Assembly: GCA_964510585.1 (NCBI GenBank)
Contig: CAZECW010000091.1
Span: 1-9,301, forward strand
Origin: an uncultured archaeon
Lineage (GTDB): Archaea; Asgardarchaeota; Jordiarchaeia; Jordiarchaeales; Jordiarchaeaceae
Direction: 5' to 3'
Length of the DNA: 9,301 nt
Both the position numbers and the translations under genes were made by a program. Of this stretch, positions 5,934-9,301 are shown piece by piece (position 1 is the stretch's first letter; each line of letters opens with the position of its first letter). Below the pieces are notes generated by a model. The model saw only the letters and a list, made by a program, of their open reading frames with translations. It was not told the DNA's origin and did no database searches.

Positions 5934-5983
5934 AAGCTTTTTTGAATCCCATAATAGTGCAACAACTACATGGATTGGTGGGG

Positions 5984-6604
5984 TTATTCTTTTGTTGCTT
6001 TTTTTAGGAAGAATTCGTGGAATCGGGTATCCTCTGCCAGCTCTGGGTGGAATGATGTTGCTAAAATGTTGTTTTGCTGTGCAGCAACAATTTTTCCATC
6101 GAGGCGGCAGATGGGTTTAACATTTTCGCCCATACTTTGAACTATTGGGGCGCGAATGAATACTCCCCGGAACTTTTTTCCGCCCAGCAGTGGAATTTCT
6201 AGGTCTTCTTCAAAGGATTCCCCTTGCCGCCCGAAAGCGTTTCTCTCCACAGTTATATCCATGAGTTTTAGGGTCGGCTGGTTCGTTTTGCCCACTACTC
6301 GGTCATAAACTTCTTTGGCTAGGAGAACCATTCCTGAGCAGGTGCCCAGTATGGGGTTGCCCTCATTGGCGAATTTTTTGGTAGCTTCTAGAAGTCCACT
6401 GTTTTCCATTAATCTTCCCATAACGGTGCTCTCTCCCCCGGGAATTATTAAACCCTGGATTCCTTCCAAGTGTTCAGGCTTCTTAACCCAAAGCACCTCT
6501 CCTTTTATGCCCAAAGATTTGAAAGCTGCCTCGGTTGCTTGAACGTGTTCTTCTATTGCTCCTTGTAGAGCTAGTACCCCGATTTTCACTCTGGAATCAC
6601 TCAT
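5984..6604 (-). CDS. pdxT: Pyridoxal 5'-phosphate synthase glutaminase subunit
   Basis: [29 protein letters not shown] (catalytic Cys), [24 protein letters not shown] (His-Glu of the triad). The start overlaps the pdxS stop (ATGA, 6601-6604). Confidence 0.97.
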   Translation of the reverse strand: MSDSRVKIGVLALQGAIEEHVQATEAAFKSLGIKGEVLWVKKPEHLEGIQGLIIPGGESTVMGRLMENSGLLEATKKFANEGNPILGTCSGMVLLAKEVYDRVVGKTNQPTLKLMDITVERNAFGRQGESFEEDLEIPLLGGKKFRGVFIRAPIVQSMGENVKPICRLDGKIVAAQQNNILATSFHPELAEDTRFHEFFLKKATKE

Positions 6605-7524
6605 GTTTCTGCTCCTCTATCCTGCATTCTTAACTCCAAGGTTTGAATGTCTAGTCCAGCCATGGATTTTCTTTCATCTATCATTTTTTGGACTTCTGCC
6701 ACTATTTTGGGGTCATCCCAGTAGGTGCACGCGGTAACAATGGCCTTTGCTCTTTCAAGGGGATCTTCGGACTTGAAGATTCCTGAACCCACAAATATTC
6801 CATCGCATCCCAAAGACATCATGAGAGCTGCGTCTGCGGGGGTTGCTATTCCTCCAGCGGCGAAGTTCACAACGGGAAGTCTTCCCAGCCGTGCAGTTTC
6901 CACAAGCAAGTCAAAGGATGCTTTTAGAGTTCTGGCTAGCTTCATTAGTTCCTGGTAGTCCTCGTTTTCCAAGAGTATTTTTGCTTGTCTTATTTCACTA
7001 TTCATTATTCTCATGTGTTTCACTGCTTCTGCCACGTTGCCTGTTCCAGCTTCGCCTTTGGTTCTAATCATGGAGGCGCCTTCTTCGATTCTTCTGAGAG
7101 CACCTCCCAAGTCTCTTGTGCCGTTTACGAATGGTACTGTGAAATCCCATTTCCAGATGTGTCTCTCTTCATCTGCGGGGGTTAGCACCTCGGATTCGTC
7201 TATGGCGTCTACGCCTATGGCTTCCAGTACTCTGGCCTCGTAGGTGTGACCTATTCGGCATTTAGCCATGACGGGTATTGTGACGTGGTCCATTATTTCT
7301 TCTATGACTTTTAGGCTTGCGGTGCGTGCCACTCCTCCTGCCTTTCGCACATCGTATGGAAGTTTGTCTAGGGCCATGACTGCTACTGCTCCTGCGTCTT
7401 CGGCTATTTGGGCCTGCTCCACGTTAGTTACATCCATTATGACACCATGTTTCTGCATTTGCATAAAGCCACGTTTCACTCTAACTGTCCCTCTTACCCA
7501 TTCCAGTTTGGTGTTCTTCTCCAC
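6601..7524 (-). CDS. pdxS: Pyridoxal 5'-phosphate synthase lyase subunit
   Basis: [83 protein letters not shown] 7524 is preferred because GAGGTG (7531-7536) lies 6 nt upstream; the ORF stays open to TTG 7563. Confidence 0.97.
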   Translation of the reverse strand: MEKNTKLEWVRGTVRVKRGFMQMQKHGVIMDVTNVEQAQIAEDAGAVAVMALDKLPYDVRKAGGVARTASLKVIEEIMDHVTIPVMAKCRIGHTYEARVLEAIGVDAIDESEVLTPADEERHIWKWDFTVPFVNGTRDLGGALRRIEEGASMIRTKGEAGTGNVAEAVKHMRIMNSEIRQAKILLENEDYQELMKLARTLKASFDLLVETARLGRLPVVNFAAGGIATPADAALMMSLGCDGIFVGSGIFKSEDPLERAKAIVTACTYWDDPKIVAEVQKMIDERKSMAGLDIQTLELRMQDRGAET

Positions 7525-7696
7525 AGTTTTCACCTCTAAAGCTTTCAAATCCAAAACATTCAAAAATTACAGGGAATAAATCGTGTATCAGAATCACATT
7601 TGTAAAGATAAACATTTCTCCCTACCATAGTAAAGAAATCATTAAGGCATCCAAATAACTATCTAATTTAAGGGTAATTTGGGGATGTGATGCTTA

Positions 7697-9004
7697 ATGA
7701 TTGACATATATGGTGTCTTGGGAGAAATGTCCTCTGCCAAATACTCTGATGTGCGTTTAGTGAGGCAGGAAGTTGTTGAGGTGGCCTTTAGGGGGGACTC
7801 TGCTGATGTTTTTAAAAACAAGTCTGAGAGGGTGGTGTGTAGAGCGGCTTCAAAAGGTTACGGGGTGGCAAGCGCCAACCTTCAGGATGCGAATAGCCTC
7901 AAAGAATTGGCGAAGCTCGCTCTAAAACAGGCGGAGATATGTGATGCTAAAATTGAGCTTCTCCCACTGAAAGCGGAAAAGGGTGAGAAAAGCTTCCCGG
8001 TGAAAAAGGAGTTTGAAGTGGATAAGGCTATAGAATTTTTGAAAAACATTAGAGACGAGGTTAAATATTCTTTGGGGAACTTTTACTCCCGAACCGAAAT
8101 AGTTGCCTCATACAGTTTCACTGATTACCATTTTGTAAGCTCTGAAGGTGCTGACATTGTTGAGAGGTATCCCCTGGTTGACGTTTTTCTCTACGTGGTG
8201 GCGAGGGGTTTGTCTGAGGGCTTTGCCAGTAAGGGTATCGGGGGAAGAGGAGGGTTTGAAATAGTTGAAGCTCCCAACTGGTATGAAATAGTTGAAGATT
8301 TAACTACGAGAGCAGTCGAATCCACGCAGGCAGGCGTCCTATCCAAGGGTGCAGCTACCAAATTTAACATAGTTTTGGACAATGAGGGAGCTGGTGCCCT
8401 CGCTCATGAGATAGCCCACATGTTGGAAGCAGACATCTACCAGCAAAGAAATTTCCATAAACTGGGCTTAAGTGAACCCCTGGGGCTTGTTGACAACCCC
8501 TCTCTGGAGAATGGTTACGGGTCCTTCAACTGGGACGATGAAGGAGTGAGGGGAAGACCCAAAATTCTGCTCAGCGAAAGAGGATTGCGGCTGCTTCACA
8601 CACGGCTAACCGCCAGAGGAGAAGATGAACCTGGAAATGCACATGGAGTATTTCATATGCCCCGCCCTTTGATGAGCAATGTGTATATCCAGCCCAGAGA
8701 CTGGAGGGTTGAAGAAATTTTTGAGGAGACCCGGTTCGGAATATACGCCAGAGGTGTAGTGAGGGCGGAGTCAAATGTTTCCAGTGGGCGAATCGAAATA
8801 TCCCCCGAAATGGGATACCTCGTTGAGAGGGGGGTGGCAAAACAACCCATCAAAAATATAAGGATAACTGGAGAAATCAAAAAAATAATATCGGGTATAG
8901 ATGCCGTGGGAAAGGACTTCAGATTGAGACCAAATATTGAGAAGGGCTTCCCAATCTCCGAGGGAGGCCCCCACATAAGAATCTTAAACATTCACTGCAT
9001 ATAG
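7697..9004 (+). CDS. TldD/PmbA family metalloprotease-like protein with atypical metal-binding motifs
   Basis: 435 aa. N-terminal Y.DVRL and GYGVAS, S....SSEG.DI...P, then VLD...AG.LAHEIAHMLEAD, VDNP....GYGSF.WDDEGV....K.L, GNA.G....P.P.MSN.YI, and V..G....PIK..RITG. The signature is TldD-like rather than TldE-like because of the HE..H.LEAD block. Confidence 0.88.
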   Translation: MIDIYGVLGEMSSAKYSDVRLVRQEVVEVAFRGDSADVFKNKSERVVCRAASKGYGVASANLQDANSLKELAKLALKQAEICDAKIELLPLKAEKGEKSFPVKKEFEVDKAIEFLKNIRDEVKYSLGNFYSRTEIVASYSFTDYHFVSSEGADIVERYPLVDVFLYVVARGLSEGFASKGIGGRGGFEIVEAPNWYEIVEDLTTRAVESTQAGVLSKGAATKFNIVLDNEGAGALAHEIAHMLEADIYQQRNFHKLGLSEPLGLVDNPSLENGYGSFNWDDEGVRGRPKILLSERGLRLLHTRLTARGEDEPGNAHGVFHMPRPLMSNVYIQPRDWRVEEIFEETRFGIYARGVVRAESNVSSGRIEISPEMGYLVERGVAKQPIKNIRITGEIKKIISGIDAVGKDFRLRPNIEKGFPISEGGPHIRILNIHCI

Positions 9005-9016
9005 TTTTTCCAGTCC

Positions 9017-9301
9017 TCATTTTTTGTGGAGCAAGTCCTCTTTGAAGTTCTTGTGGAAGGCCTCGGGCAAATCCTTGTAAGTTATTCCACGCTTCATATA
9101 TTTTGAGACGTCCACTGAATTATATGTGTTCCAGAAAAGTATTGGGGTATCTTTCAAATCATGTTTCTTGGTGTAATCTATTAGGCCCGCCAGAGCTTTA
9201 CCAGTATATGTAGTTTCCAGTTGGATGCCCTCATACTTCTTCATAAGTTCAATCGCCGCCAATCCCTCTTGAGTCACCGCACCATACTCCGCCCCAGCAT
9301 A
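9017..9301 (-). CDS. C-terminal part of an ACC deaminase/D-cysteine desulfhydrase family PLP-dependent enzyme (5'-truncated by the window edge)
   Basis: The frame is open to 9301: YAGAEYGAVTQEGLAAIELMKKYEGIQLETTYTGKALAGL...ILFWNTYNS, matching the family Y.G..YG......EAI......EG..LD..YTGKA..GL....LF.HT pattern. Stop TGA at 9017-9019. Confidence 0.85.
   Translation of the reverse strand, partial: YAGAEYGAVTQEGLAAIELMKKYEGIQLETTYTGKALAGLIDYTKKHDLKDTPILFWNTYNSVDVSKYMKRGITYKDLPEAFHKNFKEDLLHKK

Noticed and set aside
2501-8991. Remaining antisense or alternative-frame ORFs within Lrp, ACAD, DUF134, pdxT, pdxS and tldD (e.g. 2501-2884, 3719-4018, 4193-4498, 5671-5952, 7268-7579, 8653-8991)
   Set aside because: They lie wholly or largely within or opposite well-supported genes and have no independent motifs or SD.
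8984-9019. Possible TGA (Sec) read-through of the PLP enzyme adding GLEKLYAVNV
   Set aside because: The family fold appears complete before the TGA, the extension would overlap the tldD 3' end, and no SECIS-like element was seen.

Overview
Archaeal chromosomal window, judged from GGAGGT-type SD sites, TTTAAATA-type TATA boxes, archaeal-style PdxS/PdxT, DUF134, DUF166 and Lrp; an Asgard (Freyarchaeia/Jordarchaeia-like) origin is only a guess from the style of the acylase membrane anchor. Gene order: 137 nt of foreign, possibly IS-end DNA; the 3' part of an interrupted, membrane-anchored, sequon-rich penicillin/cephalosporin-acylase-family (Ntn hydrolase) gene; a Cys-rich DUF166 gene divergent from an Lrp/AsnC regulator with a C-terminal 5-Cys tail; a CxxC CMD/AhpD-like gene; an IVD/LCAD-type acyl-CoA dehydrogenase; a ~490-nt gap; an orphan DUF134 regulator fused to a Zn-ribbon and RG-rich tail, preceded by a perfect 20-bp palindrome and followed by a 16-bp perfect inverted repeat; pdxT-pdxS; an atypical TldD-like protein; and the 3' end of an ACC-deaminase/D-cysteine-desulfhydrase-family PLP enzyme. 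No rRNA, tRNA or CRISPR array was seen. The most interesting signals are the candidate metal/Fe-S/thiol-sensing regulatory module (Cys-tail Lrp, DUF166, CMD, DUF134, shared TTATGAAT...CATAA motif), a perfect internal SD plus in-frame ATG inside the DUF134 fusion, the downstream inverted repeat, and the disrupted surface acylase.
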